A stretch of 64,000 nucleotides of DNA from an uncultured Gammaproteobacteria bacterium (GCA_964366335.1 CAYITQ010000001.1:41336-105335); one strand, 5' to 3'. Positions 47,052 to 57,529 are shown, counted from the first letter of the stretch. Notes: generated by a model from the letters alone, not told the origin. Made by a program: numbers and translations.

Positions 47052-47822
47052 TTAATTATTTTTTCTAATTATCATTATAAAGCCCTTGGAGAAATTCCAA
47101 AAAAATGGATGGAGACGAATAAGCTTTAATCCCAGTTTTTTTATAAGAGTGAAGCCTAGTTGGTTTTTACCACAACCAATATAGGCACTATTTTTGTCAA
47201 ATGGCAGAATAAATTCATATTGACAATCGTATTGATCAAAAAAGGTCTTCATGCCTCCATATCCCCGTGAATAGGAGCAATCTTCATATGATTTTTTTCC
47301 TTTTGTTAATTCTAAATATTTATTTGCAATTGGTAATGGTAGCCACGACAAGAACGGCAAACCATAATGTTGTTCAAAGAGCCAATATTTATTCGGAGCA
47401 GTCAGATAAATAATCCCGTTCTTATTGAGAAGGGAAAATATGCGGTCAAAACCCTGTTTTGGGGTAGACATATGTTCAAATACTGTAAAATGAGTGACGA
47501 GATCAAATTTAGTTTTTGATTTAAAATCTTCAATTTTGGAATGGAAAAACTTTAGATTTTTCGACTCGCCCTTTTTTTGAACAGCTGTTTTGTAAGCATC
47601 TTCAAAGGGTTCTACCCCTGTTACATTCCAAAAAAATTTTGCCATTTCTGTTGAATATTCTCCATGTCCGGAACCCACATCCAATACAGATACAGACTTT
47701 GGGGGTTTATTTAAATAGCGTTTACTGGCCTCTAGCACCTCTTTGACTGCTCCTTTTACAATCTCTCCTTCTCCCCCCCACGGATTTGGGGGTAGCCCAT
47801 AACGATCTGTATGATTAGCCAT
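47052..47822 (-). CDS. Class I SAM-dependent methyltransferase
   Basis: 'VLDVGSGHG', 'VFEHM', 'EQHYGLPFLSWLP'. Confidence 0.87.
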   Translation of the reverse strand: MANHTDRYGLPPNPWGGEGEIVKGAVKEVLEASKRYLNKPPKSVSVLDVGSGHGEYSTEMAKFFWNVTGVEPFEDAYKTAVQKKGESKNLKFFHSKIEDFKSKTKFDLVTHFTVFEHMSTPKQGFDRIFSLLNKNGIIYLTAPNKYWLFEQHYGLPFLSWLPLPIANKYLELTKGKKSYEDCSYSRGYGGMKTFFDQYDCQYEFILPFDKNSAYIGCGKNQLGFTLIKKLGLKLIRLHPFFWNFSKGFIMIIRKNN

Positions 47823-47845
47823 CGCGTTATTTTCACATAAAATCG

Positions 47846-47854
47846 TGGTAGAAT
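47846..47854 (+). promoter_or_regulatory. Extended -10 (TGnTAGAAT), leaderless-type
   Basis: TGGTAGAAT 8 nt upstream of ATG 47863. Confidence 0.45.
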
Positions 47855-47862
47855 CAACAGCA

Positions 47863-48579
47863 ATGGCTAGGCCTAAACTGACGATTTTCTTTCCTTATCT
47901 CAACGATTGGGGAACAGTAGGAAGTATGGTCTTATTGGCGTCTGCTACAGCCAAGAAAATTACCGACAACTTTGAAATATTGGTAGTTGATGACGGAAGC
48001 GATATTTCATCAGCAAAGGCCTTAGATCAAATTAAACCCCTAGTACCGCAATTGAGGGTGATTCGTCACTCGAGGAATACCGGATATGGGGGAGCTTTAC
48101 GTGCGGGTTTCACGCATGCTCGTGGTGAATTAATTTTCTATACTGATTGTGACGCCCAATATGACGTCAGGGAATTGCTATCTTTATATCGTGCCTATAA
48201 ATCCGGAATCGGAATGGTCAACGGTTATAAGCTAGAAAGACATGATCCTTGGTACCGGATAGTTTTGGGATTGGTTTATCAGCATTTAGTGAAAGTTGCT
48301 TTTAGATTACCAATCATTGACACCGATTGTGATTTTAGATTGATTGAAAAAAAAGTGTTTGACAAAGTAAGATTATTTGAAACAACGGGAACAATTTGTG
48401 TTGAACTCGTCAAAAAAATTAGCCATTTCGGTTTTAAGATTGTTGAGGTACCTGTAAATCATTATGATCGCCCGAGTGGCTTTAGTCAGTTTTTCAATCT
48501 TCACAGACTGTATAATACTTTTGTAAACTTAGGAAAGTTATGGTGGAAATTAAACGTATTGCAGGATTATTTGCACTGA
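47863..48579 (+). CDS. GT2 polyprenyl-phosphate glycosyltransferase-like
   Basis: 'VVDDGSD', 'GYGGALRAG', 'YTDCDAQYD', 'DTDCDFRL'. Confidence 0.9.
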   Translation: MARPKLTIFFPYLNDWGTVGSMVLLASATAKKITDNFEILVVDDGSDISSAKALDQIKPLVPQLRVIRHSRNTGYGGALRAGFTHARGELIFYTDCDAQYDVRELLSLYRAYKSGIGMVNGYKLERHDPWYRIVLGLVYQHLVKVAFRLPIIDTDCDFRLIEKKVFDKVRLFETTGTICVELVKKISHFGFKIVEVPVNHYDRPSGFSQFFNLHRLYNTFVNLGKLWWKLNVLQDYLH

Positions 48580-49835
48580 TTATCGGGGTGGGTTTGCTGT
48601 TGCGACAAATATCTTTCTTTCCTTATCCCGAGATGCTTACTGAAACTTATTTTTTGTCCAAGGGGATGCTGCCCTATGTTCAAATAAACGATCAGCATTT
48701 CCCGGGTTTGTCTTTATTACCTGTCAATTTGAGAACATTGGGGTTTGATAATATAGAGAAATTGCGGTGGTTACATTTGGGTCTGATTGGATTTACAACT
48801 CTAATATTATATAAATTGATAGGGAAATTACGTTGGATTGTTCTTTTTCTAGTCTTTTTTCTGCTTTGGGAGGGGAACACTCTATGGGTAGATTCTTTTG
48901 TGACGCCTCTGGTTTTATTGGTATTTTATGGGTTATGGTCAAAAGGGTCATTTAAATCCGTACAAAATATATTTTTAACAGGAACTTTATTGGGTATAGT
49001 GTTGGTATTTAAACAACATGCTCTTATAATTTGTGTGGCAGTCGCAGTCTGGGTTTTGGATCAAAAAGTTTCCTGGAAGTATTGGCTGGGTTTTGTGATC
49101 GGTGGAATATTGCCGATGAGTCTTGTAGGAATATATTATTATCAATTGGGAGTATGGCCAGATTTTTGGTTTTGGACAGTGGTTCACAATTTGACTGGTT
49201 ACACATCTTTGGAAGGAAGAATTCCAGGATTGGGGGAATTGGCAAGGTTTTCGCTCTTAGCAGTCCCCGCTGCTTTTGGGCTGCAAGGGTCGGCTGGTTT
49301 GTTTATTCTGGCTAGTCTAATATATTTAATTCCGCGCTTTGGTCTGATTCATGCTCAAATAGCCCTACCGTTATTAATTTTTTTACTAAGTTTTAAACCT
49401 CGGCTCTATTGGCCAATAATGGGATTAGCATTGTTGTTAATGGCTCGTATCTTTGCCAAAGAAATTCCAGGAAAAGTCCTTTTTTATGATCAATCGGCAA
49501 TGCTTACAGTAGAGTATGTCGAGGAAAGGGTTGACAAATCCCGCCCTATTTATGTCTATGGAGTAAATGACAATATTTATCATCTAACTAATACTCTCCC
49601 CCCCAATAGATTCTGGATAGAACTTCTGCGAGGAAATATAATCCCTGGCGTCGAAGAACGGTTGATACAAACTCTAAAAATAGATCCGCCACAATTTGTA
49701 TTGGTAGATAGACAAGCGAGTATTGATGGAAAAAAAGTGTCAGAATTTACGCCACAAATATGGCGATATTTACAAATGAACTTTATTTTTAAAGAAAAGT
49801 TATCTAATGATGTCGAAGTTTGGTATCCGATATGA
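48540..49835 (+). CDS. GT-C membrane glycosyltransferase
   Basis: 'GMLPY...DQHFPG', 'KQ' after a TM segment, C-terminal soluble domain. Confidence 0.78.
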   Translation: MVEIKRIAGLFALIIGVGLLLRQISFFPYPEMLTETYFLSKGMLPYVQINDQHFPGLSLLPVNLRTLGFDNIEKLRWLHLGLIGFTTLILYKLIGKLRWIVLFLVFFLLWEGNTLWVDSFVTPLVLLVFYGLWSKGSFKSVQNIFLTGTLLGIVLVFKQHALIICVAVAVWVLDQKVSWKYWLGFVIGGILPMSLVGIYYYQLGVWPDFWFWTVVHNLTGYTSLEGRIPGLGELARFSLLAVPAAFGLQGSAGLFILASLIYLIPRFGLIHAQIALPLLIFLLSFKPRLYWPIMGLALLLMARIFAKEIPGKVLFYDQSAMLTVEYVEERVDKSRPIYVYGVNDNIYHLTNTLPPNRFWIELLRGNIIPGVEERLIQTLKIDPPQFVLVDRQASIDGKKVSEFTPQIWRYLQMNFIFKEKLSNDVEVWYPI

Positions 49836-52618
49836 AAGTTAAATTAATTTGGTTTGGAATAATGGCACCTATTTTGACATTTGGAGCAATATTGCTGGCC
49901 ACCGGGCACAGTGGTCGTGCAGATCAAATATTTAATATTTCAATGTCGGTCATATTAATAACAATAATCCTACGCTTGTTTAGCCAAACAAAGTTAGATA
50001 ATATTTCTATCGAAAAACAAAACGTTCTAATTTGGCCCTTGTTAGCTGTAGTGTTTTTGATCGTGTTCAAATCTTTTTTCTTTTCATCTTTTGCTAATTT
50101 GGGTAATGATTCCAATTTTGTTTCTCCTTCGCTTCTTAAAAATATGTCAATTATGCCGCAGACCTGGGAATCGGAGCTCGGAGGAGTGGACTTGGGTCAC
50201 AATCAGGTGGTTAATATGTGGATGCAACCGCTCTGGATTTTTATTTCGGGTTTAGCCAGGCTTGGAGTGATATACCCGCTATTGGTTAAAGGGTTAATGA
50301 CAATTCAAATATTGATTGGATCTTTTGGTATATATCATTTGTTCAAAAAACTAAATATGGCCAGTTGGACTATACCCATAGGGGTAATATTTTATTTTCT
50401 CAATACCTATTATTTAGTTAATGTCGATGGAGGGTTGATATTTCTTTCTTTTGCGTACGCGTGCTTTCCTGGAAGTCTATATTTATTCATAAAACTTATT
50501 GAAAATAATACATTTAAAAATTGGTTGCTTTTTAGCTTTTGGGTAGTTATGGTATCTTTTTTTGATATTCGAAGTACAGTTTTAACATATGTGACAACTT
50601 TTATTTGGATAATTATTGTAAAGAAGTATCGTGGTCTACTTTTGCTTTTGGGGGTAGGATTGTTTTTAATTACAAGTCACTTTTATTGGTTGTTGCCAGC
50701 GTTAAAGACGGGCGTATCGTTGCCAACATCTTATGTATCCAATAATAGTGTTGAGCAATTTAGCTTCTTTTCTTCTGGTCACCTGTTGTTTGTGTCTCAA
50801 CCCCATTGGTATTCCAATGTTTTTGGAGACATTCAAATTCCCAGGTGGTACTTTGTGGGCATTCCTTTGTTGATTGTACTGGCTTTGGGGTTTGCAAAAG
50901 TGACTCAAAAATATAAATTGTTCATATGTTTGACGATCATTGGGCTGTTTTTGATGAAAGGTGGTCAACTTTATCTCTGGTTATACAAATATTTACCAGG
51001 ATTTGTATTCTTTCGTGATCCATCTAAATTTAGTCCGCTATTGACTTTGGGTTATGCCGGTCTGATATGTATGGCACTCGATATTTTGGGAAAAAGATTA
51101 CCCAAATTTAAAAACCTACTTTTACTCAGCGCAGGCGTCTATTTTTTCGCCATGGTTAGTCCTGTTTATACAAATCGTACTACTGGGGCGTTTGTACGCT
51201 CACCCTCAGAGGTTGATTACGAAAAGTTCTCTCAAACGATCAAACAAAAAGACTTTTCTAGGGTACTTTGGTTGCCTACCAAACCTCCGCAGGCAGTTGT
51301 GGATTTGTCACCAGTCTGGACTGAGGCAGGATGGTTATTGGCAAAAAGACCTTTTCTTTCAGCTATCGATGGGACTTATGAACTATATAATTTTGTACGG
51401 GCCTCCGAATCAGCGAGCTTATTTGATGTGACGGGCATTAAATATCTCTTGTATCCGCAGTCAGACCAGCGTAAACACATCCTCAAACCGGATGAGAAAG
51501 AATATTATCAATGGCAATATGATTGGTTTAAATCACAAAACTGGTTAAAGGACATTTCACCATTTGAAGGTTTGGGGGCTTTTGAGGTGGCAACAGTGTC
51601 AGGAAAGTTTTACCAGCCAAAAGACTGGTTATGGGTTGTCGGTCCCGATGACACATATTCACAACTATCCAAATTATTCAACTTCAGATTGGCTGATATA
51701 GGAGTCACCCATCTTAACAATTTTACTCCTAATTTAACAAAATCGGATGGATATCTATTCTTTAATAAAGTTGGTTTTTTGGATTTAGTAATGACCCAGG
51801 TAGAGAAAAAGAATCTAATCGGTCTTTATCCTTTTGTGTCTCCAACAGCCGACGGTAGGAAAGAATGGTGGGGAAGAGATTTAGGCAATTTTCTCTTCGT
51901 GAAAAATTATCTCAGAGATCACTATGAAGTAAATAACAATGACTATGACTTAGAAATGGGTTATGTAATAGCCGAGGGAGAGAAAACTTTACAAATAAAT
52001 CACAATTTTTCGAAAGGACATATATTTGCTAGGATACTTCAGAGTCGAGCGGGAGGTAATTTAGAATTTGTTCTTAATAATAAACAGACGACATTTACCA
52101 CTATTTCAGATAATGAGGTGTTGGTGTGGAAGGACCTCGGGGTATATCCGGAAATAACAAAAATTGAAATAAAAAGCATAGGATTAATAAATATGATCAA
52201 TGCTCTGGCAATTATTCCAGAATCAGAATATGAGCAATTGATAACAAGTGCCAAATCAGTTGTATCTACATCAAAAGTCATCACAGACCTAAAAAGTCTG
52301 TCAGGGACTATTTTCAACTCACCTGAAATACCTTATTCTAAGATTAGCCAAACGGAATATCGAATCGAAGTTCAAAATGCACCAACATGGGTTGTGTTTT
52401 CGGAGTCATACGATCCCAAATGGCAAATAAATGCGCCTAAAAGTTCTCCAATACCGGCTTATGATATGTTGAATGCATTTTGGGTCGAAAAACCAGGCTC
52501 GTACCGTATATTCTATACTCCGCAAATATGGGTCAAGCGGGGTCTGGGAATAACAGCTGGAATATTTTTGCTATCAGCGTTTGTTTTATTGTGGAGGTAT
52601 AAAAATGGAAAAATCTGA
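49832..52618 (+). CDS. Large GT-C protein (AftD/DUF3367-like)
   Basis: Multi-TM N-terminal half with 'FRDPSKF'; C-terminal 'FSESYDPKW...NAFW' plus TM anchor. Confidence 0.72.
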   Translation: MKVKLIWFGIMAPILTFGAILLATGHSGRADQIFNISMSVILITIILRLFSQTKLDNISIEKQNVLIWPLLAVVFLIVFKSFFFSSFANLGNDSNFVSPSLLKNMSIMPQTWESELGGVDLGHNQVVNMWMQPLWIFISGLARLGVIYPLLVKGLMTIQILIGSFGIYHLFKKLNMASWTIPIGVIFYFLNTYYLVNVDGGLIFLSFAYACFPGSLYLFIKLIENNTFKNWLLFSFWVVMVSFFDIRSTVLTYVTTFIWIIIVKKYRGLLLLLGVGLFLITSHFYWLLPALKTGVSLPTSYVSNNSVEQFSFFSSGHLLFVSQPHWYSNVFGDIQIPRWYFVGIPLLIVLALGFAKVTQKYKLFICLTIIGLFLMKGGQLYLWLYKYLPGFVFFRDPSKFSPLLTLGYAGLICMALDILGKRLPKFKNLLLLSAGVYFFAMVSPVYTNRTTGAFVRSPSEVDYEKFSQTIKQKDFSRVLWLPTKPPQAVVDLSPVWTEAGWLLAKRPFLSAIDGTYELYNFVRASESASLFDVTGIKYLLYPQSDQRKHILKPDEKEYYQWQYDWFKSQNWLKDISPFEGLGAFEVATVSGKFYQPKDWLWVVGPDDTYSQLSKLFNFRLADIGVTHLNNFTPNLTKSDGYLFFNKVGFLDLVMTQVEKKNLIGLYPFVSPTADGRKEWWGRDLGNFLFVKNYLRDHYEVNNNDYDLEMGYVIAEGEKTLQINHNFSKGHIFARILQSRAGGNLEFVLNNKQTTFTTISDNEVLVWKDLGVYPEITKIEIKSIGLINMINALAIIPESEYEQLITSAKSVVSTSKVITDLKSLSGTIFNSPEIPYSKISQTEYRIEVQNAPTWVVFSESYDPKWQINAPKSSPIPAYDMLNAFWVEKPGSYRIFYTPQIWVKRGLGITAGIFLLSAFVLLWRYKNGKI

Positions 52619-53324
52619 ATATCCCCGAATATTTGTGAGTGAAGGAACCCATTTTTGGTATCGGGTAAACCGTGAGTTTAGCTTGGATCTTATTGATAAA
52701 TATTGTCACTTACCAGCCAAGAGTCAAATCTTGGATGCCGGGTGTGGTGCAGGGGGAACAACTATGGCTTTGAAAAAATATGGTCATGTTACCGGCATAG
52801 ACGCACATTCCTTAGCCATTAAATTTTCCAGAAAATATCCGATTGACCGTTTAATTAAAGCAGATGTAAACAAACTACCTTTTTCAAAGGAAAGTTTTGA
52901 TCTAGTGACTAGTTTTGATGTTTTGTATCATAAAAATGTAAACCCAACAAAAGCGTTGGAAGAGGCGTACAGAGTTCTAAAGAAAAATGGTTGGATCTTG
53001 ATTCGTGTACCAGCATTTAAATTCTTGCGCGGAGGTCATGATACTGTGGTACAGACAGGTAGGAGATTCACGGCAACCCAGTTAGCCAACTTAGTGAAAA
53101 GCCAAGATTTCAAAATTGATTACATATCGTATTTTAATTTGACCTTATTTTTTCCCAGTTTGTTTTGGAGAAACTTAAAATCGTCACAAAGCTCCGATGT
53201 TCGACCGCTCTGGTCACCTTTAAACTGGTTATTATATATAATGTTAAAAACAGAAGCTATACTGGCTAAAGTTATAAAACTTCCATTTGGAACCTCAGTT
53301 TATTGTTTGGCTCAAAAGGTATGA
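52605..53324 (+). CDS. Class I SAM-dependent methyltransferase
   Basis: 'HFWY', 'ILDAGCGAG', 'FDVLYH', 'LPFGTS'. Confidence 0.9.
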   Translation: MEKSEYPRIFVSEGTHFWYRVNREFSLDLIDKYCHLPAKSQILDAGCGAGGTTMALKKYGHVTGIDAHSLAIKFSRKYPIDRLIKADVNKLPFSKESFDLVTSFDVLYHKNVNPTKALEEAYRVLKKNGWILIRVPAFKFLRGGHDTVVQTGRRFTATQLANLVKSQDFKIDYISYFNLTLFFPSLFWRNLKSSQSSDVRPLWSPLNWLLYIMLKTEAILAKVIKLPFGTSVYCLAQKV

Positions 53325-54151
53325 AAATATCTGTCCAGATGATAGTTAAAAACGAAGAGAGGTGGATCTGGTATTCACTAATGTCGGTTATTGATTATGT
53401 GGATGAAATTATGGTCTGGGATACTGGTTCGACAGATAATACTGTGAATATTATTAAATCTATAGCCAATCCCAAAATAAAATTCAAGCGGGTAAATCAA
53501 AAGAGCGCTTCTGAATTTACTATGTTTAGAAATAAAATGTTAAACGAGACAAAAGCGGATTGGCTGATGATTCTGGATGGTGATGAAATTTGGCCGCAAC
53601 AATCCATCAATAAAACTGCAAAATTTATTAAAAGTAATAAAATTCAAAACTTGGAATATTTAATCCATCCTTATTACGATCTATTGGGAGATGTTTATCA
53701 CTATCAGGAACCCGGCGGGGGAAAATATCACATAGACAAGTATTCAGGCCATATCACTATCAGATTTTTTAATTTATCTCTTCTATCCGGGCTTCATTTT
53801 GGCAAGCCCCATGGTCAGCAGGGAGTCTTTGATCAAAATCAAACGCTTGTCCAAGACCGCGTACCCCGTAAATATAAATTCATGGATGATTGTGCTTATT
53901 TGCACGCTACCCATTTACACAGGTCGCCCAATGACACCAACGTCATAAAACGCAATTTTAAATTTAAATACGAAATGGGCCTAAGATTTTCTGAAAACTT
54001 TGCATATCCTGTGTCTTTTTATCTGCCCCATTCACCGGAAATTGTTTCCGTCTGGAAACCGGCAGATCTTTCTTATTGGCTCAAGGCTTCCTGGCAGACT
54101 CCCCTCAAATGGCTACGCCGTAAAATTTTTGCTTCGCCTTCAGGCTATTGA
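53321..54151 (+). CDS. GT2 glycosyltransferase
   Basis: 'MIVKNEE', 'DTGSTDNT', 'ILDGDE'. Confidence 0.9.
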   Translation: MKISVQMIVKNEERWIWYSLMSVIDYVDEIMVWDTGSTDNTVNIIKSIANPKIKFKRVNQKSASEFTMFRNKMLNETKADWLMILDGDEIWPQQSINKTAKFIKSNKIQNLEYLIHPYYDLLGDVYHYQEPGGGKYHIDKYSGHITIRFFNLSLLSGLHFGKPHGQQGVFDQNQTLVQDRVPRKYKFMDDCAYLHATHLHRSPNDTNVIKRNFKFKYEMGLRFSENFAYPVSFYLPHSPEIVSVWKPADLSYWLKASWQTPLKWLRRKIFASPSGY

Positions 54152-55914
54152 AAATACTTTTTCCACCACAATTCCAACATCAGCAATTTCCAAAGTTGGG
54201 GCCCAAAATCATTTTTTTCACTGTGTTTGTCCAACATTTCTGCAATCTGATCTTTTGGATAAATATTGTTGATATGGGATTTTTTGTCCAATAAAATGGA
54301 TCTGGCATATGAATTTAATTCTTGGGAAAACCATTTGGCCAGGGGAATACTAAAGCCCATTTTTGGCCGGTGCAGGATTTCTTTGGGAAGTATATCTTCC
54401 AGCGATTTTTTGAAAATGTATTTTGCTTGCCCATTTTTTACCTTTAAATTAAAGGGAATTTGGGCAGCCAACTCCACCATTTTGTGATCCAAAAGCGGTG
54501 ACCGGCATTCGAGAGCCACTTTCATACTGGCCAAATCTACTTTGGTTAGTAAATCATCCGGCAAATAATATTTAAAATCAACAGACAGGATTTTGTCTCT
54601 GATATCTGTGGCTTTTGCATTTTGATAGGCGTTTCTGTAAATATCTTTTGGATCTGCAAAATTAAAATGAGTTTTATATTCAAAATATTTTTCCAATACG
54701 CCAGGGTGAAGACTTTTTAAATATTTGCCCATAGGGAAATATTTTGCCAACGGAGATAATAAATAGTCTCGCTGAAGCTTGAGATGATGCGAATAGCCAG
54801 TAAAGTTTTCGTCTCCGCCATCTCCATTTAAAATAACCGTTACATACTGTCTGGCCAGCCTGCTGACTAGGTAAGTAACTAAGGCACTGCTGTCGCCATA
54901 CGGCTCTTCAAATTGTTCGGCCAGCTGGGGCAAAATATCCACCGACCCGGGTTTTACCTGTAAAATCGTGTGTTGGGTATGAAAGATATTTGCAACTATT
55001 TGGGCATATTCGGATTCGTCATATTGGCTTTCAGAAAAACCGATGGTAAAAGTCTTAACCGGTTTGGCAGACAGTTTTGCCATCGTGGCCACGATACTAC
55101 TGGAGTCGACTCCACCCGATAAAAACGCGCCGACGGGCACGTCTGAAATCATCCGCAATTTGGTGGATTCTTCCAAAGTTTGTAATATTTTTGTTTTCCA
55201 CTCTTGTTCTGATAGCTCAAGTTTTTTAGTAAAATCGATTTCCCAGTAACAATGTTTATTTAAAGTTTTGTGTTTTAGGTCTAAGGTCAAATAGTGTCCG
55301 GGTTCCAATTTGTAGATATTTTTAAAACCCGTTTGCGGAGCAGGGACATAACCATAGGCCAAATAGGTTTCCAGGACAGCGGTATCCGGCTCCGCTTTTA
55401 TTTCCGGCAAGGCCAGCAAGGCTTTAAGTTCTGACGCGAAAGCAAAAATTTCCGGGCTGAAAAAGTACTTGAGCGGTTTTTTACCCACCCGGTCGCGGGC
55501 CAGGAAAACTGTTTGTTTTTGCATATCGTAGATCGCAAAGGCAAACATGCCCCGCAAATGTTCTACACATTTGACTCCCCATTTATCATATAAAGCCAGA
55601 ATTACCTCTGTATCGGACTCAGATCTAAATTTATAACCGTATTTTTCCAATTTTTTCCGTTCTTCTCCAAAGTTATAGATCTCACCATTAAAGGTGATCC
55701 AGCATTTGTTTAGATAATTCATGGGCTGATGCCCTGCCGCTGATAAGTCAATAATTGCCAAGCGGCGGTGAACCAATCCCACTTTTTTGTCCGGGGAAAT
55801 GTATATTCCCCGGTCATCTGGGCCGCGGTGGGTGATTTTATCTGACATTAAAGCCAAATCTCTTTGATCAATTTCTCCAGATTTAAGATAAACTTTACCA
55901 GCAATTCCACACAT
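54145..55914 (-). CDS. asnB: Asparagine synthase (glutamine-hydrolysing)-family amidotransferase, probably glycan amidation
   Basis: N-terminal MCGI (Ntn Cys), 'HRGPD', 'FNGEIYN', 'LSGGVDSS', 'GDGGDE', 'KMGF'. Confidence 0.92.
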   Translation of the reverse strand: MCGIAGKVYLKSGEIDQRDLALMSDKITHRGPDDRGIYISPDKKVGLVHRRLAIIDLSAAGHQPMNYLNKCWITFNGEIYNFGEERKKLEKYGYKFRSESDTEVILALYDKWGVKCVEHLRGMFAFAIYDMQKQTVFLARDRVGKKPLKYFFSPEIFAFASELKALLALPEIKAEPDTAVLETYLAYGYVPAPQTGFKNIYKLEPGHYLTLDLKHKTLNKHCYWEIDFTKKLELSEQEWKTKILQTLEESTKLRMISDVPVGAFLSGGVDSSSIVATMAKLSAKPVKTFTIGFSESQYDESEYAQIVANIFHTQHTILQVKPGSVDILPQLAEQFEEPYGDSSALVTYLVSRLARQYVTVILNGDGGDENFTGYSHHLKLQRDYLLSPLAKYFPMGKYLKSLHPGVLEKYFEYKTHFNFADPKDIYRNAYQNAKATDIRDKILSVDFKYYLPDDLLTKVDLASMKVALECRSPLLDHKMVELAAQIPFNLKVKNGQAKYIFKKSLEDILPKEILHRPKMGFSIPLAKWFSQELNSYARSILLDKKSHINNIYPKDQIAEMLDKHSEKNDFGPQLWKLLMLELWWKKYFQ

Positions 55915-55958
55915 ATTTATTGATTATTATATACTTAAAAGTGAGTTCCTGTGAATGA

Positions 55959-56654
55959 TTAGTTTATCGAATATTTAAATAAGCACCAGAGAGTAATCAG
56001 GCCGTCTTTCCAAGTAATTTTTTTACCTTCAGCGTAGCTCCGGCCAGAATAGCCTATTCCCACTTCATAAATCCGAGAGCCCATTTTGGCTACCTTGATA
56101 CTAAATTCCGGTTCAAAACCAAATCTAGATTCTTTCAAATACAGTTTCTTGGCTACTTCTTTAGTAAAAACCTTGTAGCAAGTTTCCATATCTGTCAGAT
56201 TTAGATTAGTGAGAATATTGGCAATAAGTGTCAAAAACTGGTTTCCTAACATATGCCAGAAATAAAGGACCCGATGAGCACCGTTGCCCATAAATCTTGA
56301 ACCATATACTACATCTGCTTTATTATCTAGGATTGGCTTGATTAATCTAACATATTCTGTTGGGTCATATTCCAAATCTGCGTCCTGAATGACAAAAATG
56401 TTCCCCTTAGCTATTTTCAGTCCGTCTCTGATCGCTGCTCCCTTCCCCTCATTTATTGTCTTATTGATGACACGGATACGATCAGATTTAACGGATTTGA
56501 TTTTTATTAATGTCTTATCGGAGGAGCCATCATTTACAACGATTATTTCTTTGCCTGAAATGCCTGTCTTTGCTTGTAATACCCGTTGGATTGCCTGCCG
56601 GACAGTCCTTTCCTCGTTGTAGGCTGGTATAATAACGGTTAGTGAATATTTCAT
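55959..56654 (-). CDS. GT2 polyprenyl-phosphate glycosyltransferase (Dpm1-like)
   Basis: 'IIPAYNEE', 'QDADLEYDP', 'VYGSRF', 'DMETCYK', 'FGFEPE'. Confidence 0.92.
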   Translation of the reverse strand: MKYSLTVIIPAYNEERTVRQAIQRVLQAKTGISGKEIIVVNDGSSDKTLIKIKSVKSDRIRVINKTINEGKGAAIRDGLKIAKGNIFVIQDADLEYDPTEYVRLIKPILDNKADVVYGSRFMGNGAHRVLYFWHMLGNQFLTLIANILTNLNLTDMETCYKVFTKEVAKKLYLKESRFGFEPEFSIKVAKMGSRIYEVGIGYSGRSYAEGKKITWKDGLITLWCLFKYSIN

Positions 56655-56675
56655 TTTTGTGCGAGAATTATAACA
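56625..56675. promoter_or_regulatory. Face-to-face extended -10 promoters embedded in overlapping divergent genes
   Basis: + strand TGGTATAAT (56625-56633) 8 nt before GTG 56642. Minus strand TGTTATAAT (56675-56667) 12 nt before ATG 56654. Confidence 0.6.
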
Positions 56676-57529
56676 AAATATCCAGAGGAGCGGAGACTTT
56701 CGTGGGTGAACTATCCAAAAAACTAATTTCCCTAGGTCACGAAGTCACGATATACAAGAATATATTTGGTGGAATAAATAAAAACACTAACGTTCTGATT
56801 TCAACCAATGGCCGCCTCGATGCAATATTAGCTAGGTTCTGGTGCATGTTCCACGGTAAGAAACTTATTATTCCCGGCCAGTCCGGTTTTGGCTGGGATG
56901 ACAAACTAAATCTCTGGGTGTTTCCTGATGTCTTTGTAGGCTTAACTCAATATCAATGTGATTGGGCTCACAAAATAAATCCCTATGTAAAGGTGGTAAA
57001 AATTCCAAATGGTGTGGATCTGGATAAATTTAATCCAAAAAATAAACCTCTAAAAATTGATAAACCTAAACCAGTTATTTTATGCGTTGGGGCGGTTAAG
57101 ACTTCAAAAATCGGAGAAATTTCCAAAAGACAGAAATTATTAATAAGTGCTACAAAGACTATCACAGCTTCTGTGTTATTGGTAGGAATTGGTGGAGATG
57201 TGGAATATAAACATGACGAGATGCCAAGTGTCTATACTGCGTGTGATTTGTTTTCGTATCCTACGTCAGAAAGAGAATCATTCGGTATTGCCATGCTGGA
57301 AGCCATGGCTTCGGGACTGCCGGTCGTAACTACAAACGATCCAATCCGACGTGAGATAGTAGGGGATGCAGGACTGTTTGTAGATCCTACTGATACGGCA
57401 AAATATACACAAGCCTTAGATAGAGCCTTGTTAATTAAATGGGGTGACAAACCCCGGTTACAAGCCGAAAAGTTCTCATGGGATAAAATAGCAAAGCTTT
57501 ATGAAGATATCTGTAACAATAATATCTAG
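56642..57529 (+). CDS. GT4 glycosyltransferase
   Basis: 'RGAE', 'IPNGVD', 'ESFGIAMLEAMASG'. Confidence 0.9.
   Translation: MNISFLCENYNKISRGAETFVGELSKKLISLGHEVTIYKNIFGGINKNTNVLISTNGRLDAILARFWCMFHGKKLIIPGQSGFGWDDKLNLWVFPDVFVGLTQYQCDWAHKINPYVKVVKIPNGVDLDKFNPKNKPLKIDKPKPVILCVGAVKTSKIGEISKRQKLLISATKTITASVLLVGIGGDVEYKHDEMPSVYTACDLFSYPTSERESFGIAMLEAMASGLPVVTTNDPIRREIVGDAGLFVDPTDTAKYTQALDRALLIKWGDKPRLQAEKFSWDKIAKLYEDICNNNI

Noticed and set aside
28762-55914. Lasso-peptide cluster (AsnB-like + nucleotidyltransferase + kinase)
   Set aside because: The AsnB has an intact Ntn Cys glutaminase domain and is 25 kb from the other genes. No B1/B2 proteins or precursor were seen. Glycan amidation fits the context better.
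44405-56654. Site-specific invertible segments explaining the minus-strand blocks
   Set aside because: No inverted repeats were seen at the block boundaries, and no invertase is present in the window.
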